DNA of 64,000 nucleotides from Rhizophagus irregularis (Eukaryota): contig NC_089431.1 of the NCBI RefSeq assembly GCF_026210795.1, forward strand, positions 682,001-746,000, written 5' to 3'. How positions within the stretch are numbered: position 1 is the first letter of the stretch; every line of letters starts with the position of its first letter. The position numbers and the translations under genes are program-made. The notes under the pieces are model-generated. The model did not search any database, was not told the DNA's origin, and worked only from the letters and a program-made list of their open reading frames with translations. Positions 26,710 through 38,300 of this stretch are shown piece after piece.

Positions 26710-28978
26710 TTATATGGCTGTAAAATAAAAATTATTTTTTATCCAAATTCTATTTGTAGTATCATGATTTGGTAGTTGGCACCTTTCTGAATTACAATTA
26801 TGAATAAAATGTACTTTTTGAACATTATCTATTACAGTAATTGGAAAAATACGTCTCCATTTATCTCCTGTTGCTTGGAGACGGTAAAGTGGATATTTTA
26901 ATACTGAATGTTCAACCATAGTATCTTCAAACCAATCTACAACAATAAATGCATAATATTTGTTATTGTTACCCTTATGTTGAAAGATACCTTTGATTAT
27001 TGCATAAGATTCTTCATGATCTTCTTCATAAATTGTGATAAAATCATCGAGATGTAGGTGAACTTTTGAAAGGATACCATTTTCTTTTTCAATCATATAT
27101 GATGCAAATTTGTACCAACTAATTGAAGAGTTTATAAGTGCCGCCTCAAACTTCATATCCACATAAGATAAAAACAATTCAGTTTTAAAATTATGTAAAG
27201 TTAAAAGAAGTTTATCACGTTCCTGCTTTGGCATTCTTTCATCAGGAAATTTGTTTAGGCGTAATTTAGTGTAATATTTCGAAGGTGGTGTAAAATTTCG
27301 AAATATTACACTAAAAACGTAATATTACAAAAGTTTACGCTTTTAAATTTGAATAATTATAGTAATTTAAGAATATCTCGCTATCTACTAATCCAATCAA
27401 GACGATCTATAGCTCATTGGAATCAGCTCATCAAGACGAATCGAATGGTAGTAAAATCGTATCTTTACGTTTGATAGATGACTTTCTATTAATTTAAAAC
27501 TTTACTGTATACTATAGAGCGTTCTATCAACTGTAGAAATGCGATTTTACTACCATTCGATCCGTCTTGATGAGCTGATTCCAATGAGCTATAGATCGTC
27601 TTGATTGGATTAGTAGATAGCGAGATATTCTTAAATTACTATAATTATTCAAATTTAAAAGCGTAAACTTTTGTAATATTACGTTTTTAGTGTAATATTT
27701 CGAAATTTTACACCACCTTCGAAATATTACACTAAATTACGCCTAAACAAATTTCCTGATGTTTTTTTAATGAAATATTGGAAATAAAGTTTACTGGAGA
27801 TATAACTAAATTAAAAGATTAGTAAATATAAATATCAAACATGTACTATTATATGCAATAAAATACTTACTTTTTGTATCATCATCATAGTCTTGAACTT
27901 GTTCAGTTGCTTCAGTTGAATATTTATCTTCTGTAACATACCAATTTAAAAATAATTGTCCAAAATTTGAATTTGTAAATCCAGTACAAGATCTATTAAA
28001 TCTTGGATCAATACCACTATCTGCTAAATGTCGAATTGCAAATAAAGTATTGTAACGCTTTAATAAATCTAAATCTATGTTTTTGCAATTAGTTTTTGGT
28101 ACCATCCCCTTAAAAATACGATGGACCATTTCTTTTATACCAACTTGGGTATTAATAAGTGTTCCAAAGGTTTTAGCATGCATCAAAAGATGCATATTAA
28201 CGTGTATGTTTGGTAAATTAACAAAATTTACAAAAACCTATAAAAAGTAAAATATTGTTAATTATTTGAAATTATTCCACATTTCAATATCAAATTTGTA
28301 ACTATACCTTTGGAAGGATTGAAAACTCTTCTTCAAGACATTGTTGCAATTCCTCATAGCTATCTGATGTAAATTTCTTGTTAAAAACCGCTTTCATAGT
28401 TTTTGCAACATGTATCCAACAAGATATAATAATTTTTGGAACTGAACTAACTCGAAATGCATCAATTCTTTGTTGAATCATGGCTGTTTCATTACGTTTG
28501 ATACTTGATTCTTTTAAAAAACTGGTTTAACAAAAATGGCATAATCATAGCTAATCTAAGTAAATCCGACATCATAAAACTATTGTAGTGAGTAATCGGA
28601 TTTGGTAAGCGAGACCATCTTTTTGGAATTTCAAAATTTTTCCAAATTTCGATAAAATTATCTTCTCCTTCTCATGAAAATAATTCACAAGTTAATTTTA
28701 GTAGCCGCCCAATCTTTCCTGCAGTCGCATGATAAACATCCTGCGGCGTCTGTAAATGTCTTTCCCTTTTTAATTTATCTAAAATACTAGGTAATGATCG
28801 TAAACCATATTCCGTACAAAGTTGATCTCTTCTTGACATTATAGTCTCATGAGAAATTTTTAAGATTTCTTCGTCTGTAATATGATGATAACGTAATGTT
28901 GTTACGATATCCTGATTGTGAGCACTCAATGATTCTTTAGTAGTTTTACAAGTACAACAACCCTTATTTGCATTATGT
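26710..28978 (-). pseudogene. Degenerate DNA-transposon transposase (Plavaka/CACTA-like), 3' exons only
   Basis: Motifs TPQDVYHATAG, NLPNIHVNMHL...GTLINTQVGIKEMVHRIFK and a C-terminal VHFIHNC...NHD..NRIWIKNNFYF. In-frame TGA at 28674-28672, a frameshift near 28530, and a foldback insertion at 27240-27761. The upstream intron is interrupted at 29009. Confidence 0.7.
27240..27761. mobile_element. 522-bp foldback element with very long TIRs and a probable 2-bp TSD
   Basis: 27240 to about 27460 is the near-perfect reverse complement of about 27540-27761, with termini CATCAGG...CCTGATG. Excising it with one AA copy restores the host frame ISNISLKK-RMPKQER. Confidence 0.9.
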
Positions 28979-29347
28979 CTAAATTTATTTTTTAAACAAT
29001 TTTAATAGCCCTGTAAAAAATACATTCCAGAATATTTCCGTTATATATCCATAATTATGCTCGTAAATCCGTAAATGTTCAGTGTGCCGCAACTGTTGAG
29101 AAAATAATCCGTGATTTTATTTGTAGAAATGGATTTTAAACGGATCCAAAATTTCATTATTAAATAACTAAAAATTTATCAAGCAATTTTTTACATAATT
29201 AATGAAAAATGGAATTTAAACGGATTTAAGATTACATATTATTAAATAACTGTCAACCTACTTATTACAAATATATATTGAAAATATGTAAATTACAAAC
29301 ATATATATTATTACAAACACAATAAAATATGCAAATTTCATAAAAAA

Positions 29348-30243
29348 TTATCGAAATTTAATCTGATATTCTCGGTCAATAATGTAAAACTCATTGTTTG
29401 ACATCTTAAGAAATCCGACATTTCTACAAATTGCACTTACATTAATTACTTCAAAAGCACCATGATCTTGAAACTTTAATGGCCCATGTCCAGAAGGATG
29501 AGGATTTCGTATCCATTGCACATATGCTAGCATAGACCAGTCACTGTTGTATTGATGCGAAAAAAAATATTGTACTTCTCCAAAGAATTCACGCTCTTCC
29601 AAAATAACAGGTGCATTTGGGCGATGTGCATTTCGGTCAACTAGAAGCTTCGCCTAAATAAAGAAAATTAGTAATATTAAAATATTAAAAGTATTAAAAA
29701 TGATGATATATATACACATACAGCAATGCAGTAATTTGTGCGTGCCACATCACCCTTGCGATTTGACAATTTTGAATTAATTGTTAAATCATTTTTGGTT
29801 TGAAGTTTTCCATATTTTTGAATGGAATTTGTAATTAACTTAAATGAAATATATTAGAAGATTAAAGGTTTTTTTAGAATAAAATTTAAACAGTAGGAAA
29901 TGTGCTTACTGAAAGTTGATTTGCATTTCTGTTTAATGCTGTCACATAATAGGCTCTTAAGCGCTGGATCTCAGTTCTATTCATGCAATATTTGCGTGAT
30001 AGTGAATATAGCACTTCTTCAGCACCGTCAGTAGTAAAATAATTGTTTTCTGAGTAATTTAATGTTTTTTTTGAATTTTTACTAATGAGCCTTTGATATA
30101 TATTAGGTTTATATTGAAGATGTGAAAACTGGGTCCACATTGTAATTTGATTTTGGAGGTTTGTATAAGGATGTTGTGTAGAACGAACCAAAGGCAATAG
30201 CATTCCACATAGCCTTTCCATGGGATACTGCCAGGTTGCCCAT
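29348..30243 (-). pseudogene. CACTA Tnp2-family transposase, 3' exons
   Basis: ATWQYPMERLCG continues directly from GPAW across the LTR insertion. C-terminal FFGEVQYFF...LAYVQW. Confidence 0.85.
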
Positions 30244-30930
30244 TGTCACCCACGTCTGCCACCCGTGGATAAACACATCTTTCTCATTTAACTATTTTTC
30301 TCGTTACTTTGCTTGGTTTAGATTTTACTTTTCTTTTAACTTCTCGCTTTCCTTCTCATACATCCGTAGTATTTATTCTCAATACTACCACTCATTCATA
30401 ATATTCTCACAATATTATGCTGCCTGTAATATTTATTCTTTCAAATATTACCATCTTATTTCTTATAAACTGCGAGAGTTCTCCTAACTTCTTACATTTC
30501 ATACAATAAAACGAGAATAACTCCTTTTACTTTACTTTTCTGGACTTAATAATAATATTAATTAATTCTCAAGCGTACAATGAGCATATTCAAGATAACT
30601 TTTAATAATTAATATTTATTTTATTAAATTTGAGTCAAAACTGACTGCGGAATTCCTAACGAATCCCACCTATATTTATACATTTTTAAGAAAACTATTT
30701 CTACCATTTCTAACTTTTCTACTAATAAAAATTTAAGAACAATAAGAAAATAAAGATGTATTATCATATGACTATCTCGTGACTAAACTAAACTAAACTA
30801 TAAATATTATTTTATCGGTTAATTATTTATCCTTCGGTTAATTATTTATCCGTCGGTTAATCATTTATCCGTGTTCCATTCGGTCTTTTATTCATCCGCT
30901 CACGTGATTATCTGCATTTCTCGGGTTACA
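30244..30930 (-). repeat. 3' LTR (687 bp)
   Basis: Direct repeat of 41124-41791, TGTCACCC...GGGTTACA on the plus strand. Confidence 0.95.
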
Positions 30931-30961
30931 GCTATCCTCCCCAAGGAAAATTTGAGTCCCT

Positions 30962-32149
30962 TCAAATTCTAATTATAACTTCAAAACTCGACCTGTCAAT
31001 ATATTCCTTTAATAATTCTCCATTTACTGGCGTTTTCTGTATTCTTCCCTCCATAGTTTTAATTTTATAAGATCCTTTAGAAATTATTTCATGTATATAA
31101 TACGGTCCTTTCCATTTTTCTTCTAGTTTTCCAGACCATTGTTTTTCTTTTGCTGCATCATAATATAGTACTTTATCTCCTATTTGAAAATTCTTTTTCG
31201 TCCTGTATTTCCTATCGTGGTATTTCTTCTGTTTTTCTTGAGATTTCTCTATATTTTCTTTAGCTTGGTTTCTAATGTTCGGTAGATCTTCCATCAAACT
31301 ATTAACTCTTTGTGTTATCGTAACATTTTCATCTTCTAAATTTAATAACGTCTTCATTTCTCTTCCGTATATTAGATATCCTGGTTTTAACTTGGTCGAA
31401 TCATTCTTCTTTGTTCTATATGCAAATAAAACTCCTGGTACTTTTAAATCCCAATCTTTAACGTTATTCAATTTTGCTAATGATTCACATAGTGTCTTGT
31501 TGAACCTTTCTATTAATCCATTCGTCTTCGGGTGGTAAGGTGTCGAAAAATTGTGTTTTATCTGAAATTCCTTCATTAATAGTTCTACTAGTTTATTATT
31601 AAAATGACTTCCCCTATCACTTAATATCTTCTTTGGGCATCCATGTCTACATATTATATCTTCATAAATAAATCTTGCAATTTCCTTAGCGTCTGCTGTT
31701 CCTAGAGCTCTAGCTTCTGGCCATTTCGTAAAATAATCCATTGCCGTAACTATGTATCTATTATTTCTTTCTGTTATTGGTAACGGTCCCACAACATCTA
31801 TTCCAATCTGATAAAATGGTTCTTTAACTTTTATTACATTTAATTCGTGTTTTCCAATCGGTTTTCCTCTTCTTTGGCAGCTATTACACGATTTAATATA
31901 TATTTCTATATCTTGTTTCATTCCATTCCAATAATATTTCTCTCTAATCCTTTCATATGTTGCATCTATTCCAAAATGTCCAGATAATTCATGGTCATGT
32001 GCAATATACATTAATCCTTCAAACTCATATTTTCTTATTACTCTCAATTCTCTCTTATCCTTTATTCTATATAACAAACCATCTTTTATTCTATAATGTT
32101 GTTCATTATCTATATTTTTGATTATCTCATTATATTTATCTTCTTCCAT
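30962..32149 (-). CDS. Ty3/Gypsy integrase as a separate ORF
   Basis: HHCC (AHDHELSGH...CNSC), GIDVVGP, SDRGSHF, NGLIERFN and a GPY motif. Confidence 0.95.
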   Translation of the reverse strand: MEEDKYNEIIKNIDNEQHYRIKDGLLYRIKDKRELRVIRKYEFEGLMYIAHDHELSGHFGIDATYERIREKYYWNGMKQDIEIYIKSCNSCQRRGKPIGKHELNVIKVKEPFYQIGIDVVGPLPITERNNRYIVTAMDYFTKWPEARALGTADAKEIARFIYEDIICRHGCPKKILSDRGSHFNNKLVELLMKEFQIKHNFSTPYHPKTNGLIERFNKTLCESLAKLNNVKDWDLKVPGVLFAYRTKKNDSTKLKPGYLIYGREMKTLLNLEDENVTITQRVNSLMEDLPNIRNQAKENIEKSQEKQKKYHDRKYRTKKNFQIGDKVLYYDAAKEKQWSGKLEEKWKGPYYIHEIISKGSYKIKTMEGRIQKTPVNGELLKEYIDRSSFEVIIRI

Positions 32150-32290
32150 TAATCAGTATATCTTCTATTTCTTCTTCAAAAGGTAAAATAAACCTAATAT
32201 TTTTATCTTCAAATAACACGCAATGATAATTTGTATTCCTATGTATAATGTAAATGTATATTCCTATTCCAATATTTTCAGTAGTCATTT

Positions 32291-34612
32291 TTATTTTTCC
32301 AATAGCTTTTTGGCTTGTTTATATACTTTTTTCCAACTTTTATCATCATTTTTAATTTTAATTCTCTTATATTTCCCTTTATTCTCATAAATATTCTGAT
32401 GCTCTTTAAACATTTTCACCATATCCGTATATTCTTCTTCATTCAACGTTTCATATGATGTTTTATGTCCTTCATTACTTTTCTTAGTTTCTCTTCCAAT
32501 ATAGTTATTCCAACATTCTTTATTCTCTAAGAAAATTATTACTGCATTATCTATAATATCTTTATATTTAAATATCTCCTTCTCCATTTTATGGTTTCCA
32601 TATGGAGTAATATATTCTCTGTCGAAACTTTTGGTCTTTTGGTAAAAGTATTCACAATATGGTGACTTGTCCAATATTATAATGTCTTCATCTGTAAATC
32701 CAACCATTCTCTTATTAATTTCTTCCACGACTTGTTTCCTGAATAACCATTCATATTCTTTCGAAGGTTCCTCAAATCTCTTATCATCATTTCTTCTTCT
32801 TTTAAACTTATTAAATATTATTTTTAAATCATCCTTTTCTTTTAATCGCTTAATCATATTTTCTACTACGGTGGATTTCCCTACACCATCAACTCCATCA
32901 ACAATAATAATTTGTGGTTTATTCTTCCTTCCTAATTTCTTTAATAACTCTTTTTCTGTCTTTTCTTCTAAATCCAATAATATTGCTTCTTTATCATAAA
33001 AATATTTCACGTCGTCCCATTTTCCTTTAAATCTTCTAGCGTCAAACCATTCATTTCCTGATCTAACATATCTCAGCTTTTTCTCTTTATTATGCTCCAT
33101 TTTCATTATTTCTTGATCTAAGCCTTCAAGGTCCCTTTTTATAACTTTTTCTTCAAACTCTAATCTTGATAGCGCATCTGCATTCTTATTTTCTTTACCA
33201 CTTCTATGTATTACTTCAAAATCATACTGTTGTAACTCCATTACCCATCTTGCTCTTCTTCCTGTAGGTACTTTAGCATTCATTAATCCTTTTAACGCAG
33301 CATGATCTGTTATAACCGTAAATTTTCTTCCTGCTAAGAACTTATGGAAATACTTGATCCCCCAGAATATCGCTAAACATTCTAATTCTGTTATTGCATA
33401 ATTCTTTTCTGCTCCCACTAAACTTCTACTAGCATAAGCGATAACAAATTCTTTATTTTCTTCATTCTTCTGAGATAATACTGCTCCTAACCCTTCTCCT
33501 GATGCGTCTGTAATCAATATAAATTCCTTTTCAAAATTAGGGTGATCTAATACTGGTTTCTCCATTAATCTTATTTTTAATTCTTCAAATGCTTCCTGCT
33601 GTTTCTCTGTCCATTCAAATGGTACATCTTTTTTAACTAAGTGATATAAAGGCTTTGCTATTTTCGCAAAATTCTTTATAAATCTTCTATAATATGAGCA
33701 CAATCCTAAAAATGACCTCACTTGTGTAACAGTTTCTGGTATCTTTATTTCTTTAATCTTCTCCACTTTCTTTGCATCTGGTTTCAAACCATCTCTTCCA
33801 ACTATATGTCCTAAAAATTCTATATTTCGTTCACCAAACTTACATTTCTTTAACTTTGCAATCAGATTATTTTCTCTTAATTTATTTAACACTTTATCAA
33901 TATGTTCCACATGTTCTTCAAAATTTTTCGAATAAATCATTATATCATCTAAATATACTATTACGAATTCTCCAATATATTCTCTTAATATCTCGTCCAT
34001 TAATCTCTGAAATGTTCCTGGTGCATTCTTTAAACCAAATGGCATAACATTATATTCATATAATCCTTGTGAGCATATAAATGCTGTCTTTTCTTTATCT
34101 TCTTCTACCATTTCCACTTGATGATACCCTGCCGCTAGATCCAAACTCGTAAACCATCTTGCCGTTCTATATTTTTCTAATAATTCATCTATTCTTGGTA
34201 ATGGGTATGCATCTGACTTAGTTACATTATTCAATTTCCTATAATCAATGCAAAATCTATAATTTCCTGTTTTCTTTCCTGCTAGTGTTACTGGAGATGC
34301 CCATGGGCTCCATGATTTTCTAATTTTTCCCATTTTTAATAACTGTTCAATTTCTTTCTTTATAAACTTTCCTTTTTCTTCAGTCTCCTTATATCTCTTC
34401 TGTGCTATTGGTTCTTGACCTTCTTTAATTTCTATTTTATGTTTAACAGTGTTTACTTTTCCTAATTTTTCTTCATCATATTCAAATATCTCTTCATAAC
34501 TTTTGATTAGCTTTATTATACCATCCTTTCTTTTATCTGTTATTTCTCCCAAGTTTATCTTTTTATCGAACTTTTCCCATTTAGTTTCACTTTTATCATT
34601 TTCATTTATCAT
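32291..34612 (-). CDS. pol: Reverse transcriptase-RNase H fused to a C-terminal P-loop nucleoside/nucleotide kinase-like domain
   Basis: RFCIDYRKLN, MPFGLKNAP, YLDD, TDAS, ELE, TDH and NADALSR, followed by IIIVDGVDGVGKST (Walker A) and IIILDKSPYCEYFY. Confidence 0.93.
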   Translation of the reverse strand: MINENDKSETKWEKFDKKINLGEITDKRKDGIIKLIKSYEEIFEYDEEKLGKVNTVKHKIEIKEGQEPIAQKRYKETEEKGKFIKKEIEQLLKMGKIRKSWSPWASPVTLAGKKTGNYRFCIDYRKLNNVTKSDAYPLPRIDELLEKYRTARWFTSLDLAAGYHQVEMVEEDKEKTAFICSQGLYEYNVMPFGLKNAPGTFQRLMDEILREYIGEFVIVYLDDIMIYSKNFEEHVEHIDKVLNKLRENNLIAKLKKCKFGERNIEFLGHIVGRDGLKPDAKKVEKIKEIKIPETVTQVRSFLGLCSYYRRFIKNFAKIAKPLYHLVKKDVPFEWTEKQQEAFEELKIRLMEKPVLDHPNFEKEFILITDASGEGLGAVLSQKNEENKEFVIAYASRSLVGAEKNYAITELECLAIFWGIKYFHKFLAGRKFTVITDHAALKGLMNAKVPTGRRARWVMELQQYDFEVIHRSGKENKNADALSRLEFEEKVIKRDLEGLDQEIMKMEHNKEKKLRYVRSGNEWFDARRFKGKWDDVKYFYDKEAILLDLEEKTEKELLKKLGRKNKPQIIIVDGVDGVGKSTVVENMIKRLKEKDDLKIIFNKFKRRRNDDKRFEEPSKEYEWLFRKQVVEEINKRMVGFTDEDIIILDKSPYCEYFYQKTKSFDREYITPYGNHKMEKEIFKYKDIIDNAVIIFLENKECWNNYIGRETKKSNEGHKTSYETLNEEEYTDMVKMFKEHQNIYENKGKYKRIKIKNDDKSWKKVYKQAKKLLEK

Positions 34613-34700
34613 TTTAAAATCTCTTTATTTATTATTTATTTATTATTATTCTTAACAATTTTTACACATTCTGGAATAATTTGATCCTTTTTATATGATT

Positions 34701-35336
34701 TTAATCCTCATTCTCACTAGACATTTCGCTATCATTAGACGGGCTTTCTTCACTTGAACTTTCACTATCTTCTTGAGACTCATTTTCTTCTACTACTTCC
34801 TTTTCTTTTATTACTTCTTTTACTGTGTATAATTTCTTTCCTTCTTCTTGTTCATAATCAGATTCTTCTGATTCACTTTCATAGTCAGATTCTTCTGACT
34901 CTTCTACTTGTTTAATATACCACACAGGTATATCTATTATTTCTTCGTCATTTTCCAATTCTAATACCTTTTCTTTATAATTAATATTCGCATTCCATTT
35001 ATCTAATAAGTCATTTCCTATAATCATTTCTTTTTGCTTTGAATCTATTACATCTAATGTTACTGGTAATATTAATTCCTTATAAACTTTTATTTCTGTA
35101 TTCACTTTTCCTAATGAAGCAATCTTTCCTCCGTCTGCTAATGTACACGTAATATTACTTTTTCCTTTTATTGGTATATCTAACTCTTTTCTTAATTTCT
35201 CTGTTATTACACTTATTGCCGCTCCTGAATCTATTACAACTTCGATTTCCTTATCATTTATTATAAACTGTGTCTTCATTGCCGTTGTAACTTCTTTTTC
35301 TCCACTTATTCCAGTCTTTTTCACCTCCGAGTGTAG
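34701..35336 (-). CDS. Retropepsin aspartic protease, in frame with gag after a single UGA
   Basis: VVIDSGAAISVI and MIIGNDLL. The gag stop TGA (35339-35337) is followed in frame by CTA CAC TCG GAG GTG. Confidence 0.88.
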   Translation of the reverse strand, partial: LHSEVKKTGISGEKEVTTAMKTQFIINDKEIEVVIDSGAAISVITEKLRKELDIPIKGKSNITCTLADGGKIASLGKVNTEIKVYKELILPVTLDVIDSKQKEMIIGNDLLDKWNANINYKEKVLELENDEEIIDIPVWYIKQVEESEESDYESESEESDYEQEEGKKLYTVKEVIKEKEVVEENESQEDSESSSEESPSNDSEMSSENED

Positions 35337-38300
35337 TCACTCTATTTTATCTCCTTTTCTTATCATTTTTTTTATCATTCTTCCTTGTTGTTCCACAATA
35401 TTAAGTAGGTTTTCATAATCTACTGGATCTTTTGATTTCACTCCTATAATTTTATCTTCTCTTGGTCTACGTTTTCCTCCTGCTTCTTTCCATCTATTTA
35501 TTCCTTCCATTGTGTCGTAATATTCTCCTCTCTTTTTACTCCATTTATATCTTTTTGGAATATTCGTATTATTTGGTCCTATTGGTCTATCGTACATTGG
35601 TTGTTCATCTCCCACATCTTCTTCCATTGGAACTTCTCTTCTATTTCTATATTTATATTCTTCTTTCCCTCTTTCCTCAATTTCTTTGTCTAAATTTGGC
35701 TTTCCAAAATTTTTCCATCCTTGTTTAGGATTTATTCTATTACTTCTTCTTCTTTCTTGTACTGGATTATCTTTTTCATACAAATCGCGATCATAATTAT
35801 ACAATTGTGAATTATTATATTCATTATTTTCATGGTCGTAATCATCATCTGATTCTTCATTTTCGTAGTCATAATCTTCTTCATATTCTTCTATATCCAT
35901 TAAATTAACTCTTCTCTCATTTCTTCTAATATTATTTCCTAATGGACATCTAGTCGCAAAATGACCTCTTCTATTACACCTAAAACAAGTTATTTCATCA
36001 TAATTAATCGGTGCTCTATTATTTCTTCTCTGGTTCCATTGGTCTCTATTCCCATTATTATTTAACTCTCTTTCCATATTTTGTACTTGTTTTTCTAGCT
36101 TGGCAATTCTCATTTTCTCAAATTTTTCCGCTAATTCATCTTCATAATTCTCGTTTAATGGTTTATTATGTCTGACATTTGTTCCAACATTTTGTTCTTC
36201 AACATATCCTTTTCCAATCTCCGGATAAACTCTATCTGGTATATTTCCTGCTTTTCTAAATAATTCATTTCTTGCTTCTTCTTCCCTTCTTGCTAAATTT
36301 ATTGCATCATTTAAATTTGCTGGGTTCTGTCTTCTAACTTGGTACCCTACTGTTGCTTCTAGTCCTTCAATATAAAAATCTACTTGATATTCGTCAGCTA
36401 ATGCATGACCTCTTGTCGCTAATCTTAATACTTGTCTAAATCTCCTCGTATAATCATCGACATTTTCATTTATTCCTTGTTTAGTTTTTCTCAATTCCAA
36501 CATTTTTCTTCTTCTAACATCTTCTCTGGTAAATCTTCTTTTAATTCTATGTTTTAAATCATTATCATTATCTGCATCTGCCCAATTCACTAAATGGCCC
36601 GCATTCGCTTCTCTCATTTCATGATACCATTGTGCTGCTGCTCCTCTTAAATGTGCTGCTGCGAATGTCGCTTGTCTTCCACCGTCAGGTCCTGCTGCTT
36701 TTCCAATTGCTGCGAATGCTACTTCAAATTGTCTAATCCAATCACTAACATCCTCTTCTTCTTTTCCATAAAATAATGGTATATTAATTATTCCTCCAGC
36801 TTCATTTCCTGCATTTTCAATCCTATCTATTAAGTGTGCTCCTACCCCTACTACTCCATCCAAAGTATTAGCTGGATATCCTAAAGCATTCTCCATTAAT
36901 CTTTTTATTTGAATTTCAGTCGCCATGTTCAACAATATATTCTCTTCACTTTCTGTATCAGAATTTTCAATATCAGAATCCTTAATATTTAATGAATTAT
37001 TCGAATCTGAATTTTGACTTAAGCCAAAACCTTCTGTATTTATAATATTTTCATTTTTACTCTCAAATTTATTCTCATTAAAACTTTCAGTATTTTCTTC
37101 CCAAATCTCATGTTCTTCTGGATCTAACATTTCTCCAATCTTTTCTGATTCATCTGTATTATCTTCCTCTGATTCTTCATTATCACTTTTTTCATCACTA
37201 TCCACTATTCCTACCTGTTCTTTTAACAACTTATCTAACTTTTTCTTCAGCTCTTTTTCTGACTCATTCTTATTTTCTTGAAAGATTTCGATAAATTCTT
37301 TATCTAAAATTTCTCCATCTGTATACCCCATACTAATCAATCTTAATAATTCTCCATCAGAAACTTCCATTTTCATAACTTTGATTAGATTTTTTAACTG
37401 TTCTAATCTTTTCTCTATTTCTGTTTCATCATCTAATTCATTCTCATCTTTTACATTTTCTTCTTCGTTGTTTTCCTCTGTCTCTATTTGTTCTTTTAAA
37501 TATTTATCTAATATTTCTTTTATGACTCCCTCCAATTCATTCTTATTTTCTTGGAATAACTTTATAAACTTCCAATTCAAGATTTCTCCATCTGTATAAC
37601 CCATATTTATCATTCGTAATATTTCTCCTTCTGTTACTCCAACTTCTACTCCTTCGCATACTTTCTGTATCTTCTTTGCTCTTAGTTCTGCTTCACTAAC
37701 ATCATTCTTCTCTTTCTCAGAACAACTTTTACATATTTCTCCTGTAAATTCTTTATCATATTTTACCGCTTCTTTCTTCAGTGTCATTTTGTTACATATC
37801 GGACATTCTATCGTATACATATAATGCCATATTCTTAACTCTTCTTTTATTCCTTTGTCGTCTAGTTCTTCAATGGTTTTGTAAAAACTCATAAACTCTT
37901 TAGTTTTTATTATTTCATATTCTACTCTAAAATTTATTATTCGTCTTATTTCTTCAATATCGATTTCATAATCATTCTCTAACCAATAATTTCTGTATAT
38001 TCTTTCTATATGTTCATCTCCTTCATTTGAACTTGATTCTCCCAAATCATCTGACATTTCTAGTTCTCCTGCATCACTTTGTTCTTCAACAAAACCTTTT
38101 GTTTCTACAATTTTCTCTATTATCTTATCTGTTAACTTATCGTTCATCCATGGTTTTGGGTATTTATTTCTATCCCACCATTGATATGTTATACTTTTCT
38201 GAAACTTCCTGATTTTCCCTCTATTTTCTTCTTCTACTATATTTTCCTCTAAATGCAATATTTCTTTGAAATATCTCATAGTACCGTATCCTTTGTTTTT

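Noticed and set aside
27240..27312. Apparent extra transposase exon (VIFRNFTPPSKYYTKLRLNKFPDE) in frame with ORF 26710-27234
   Set aside because: It is the TIR of the foldback insertion. The true upstream coding sequence resumes at 27762.
30236..30487. ORFs in the LTRs (also 41113-41367)
   Set aside because: Low-complexity antisense frames, duplicated only because the LTR is duplicated.
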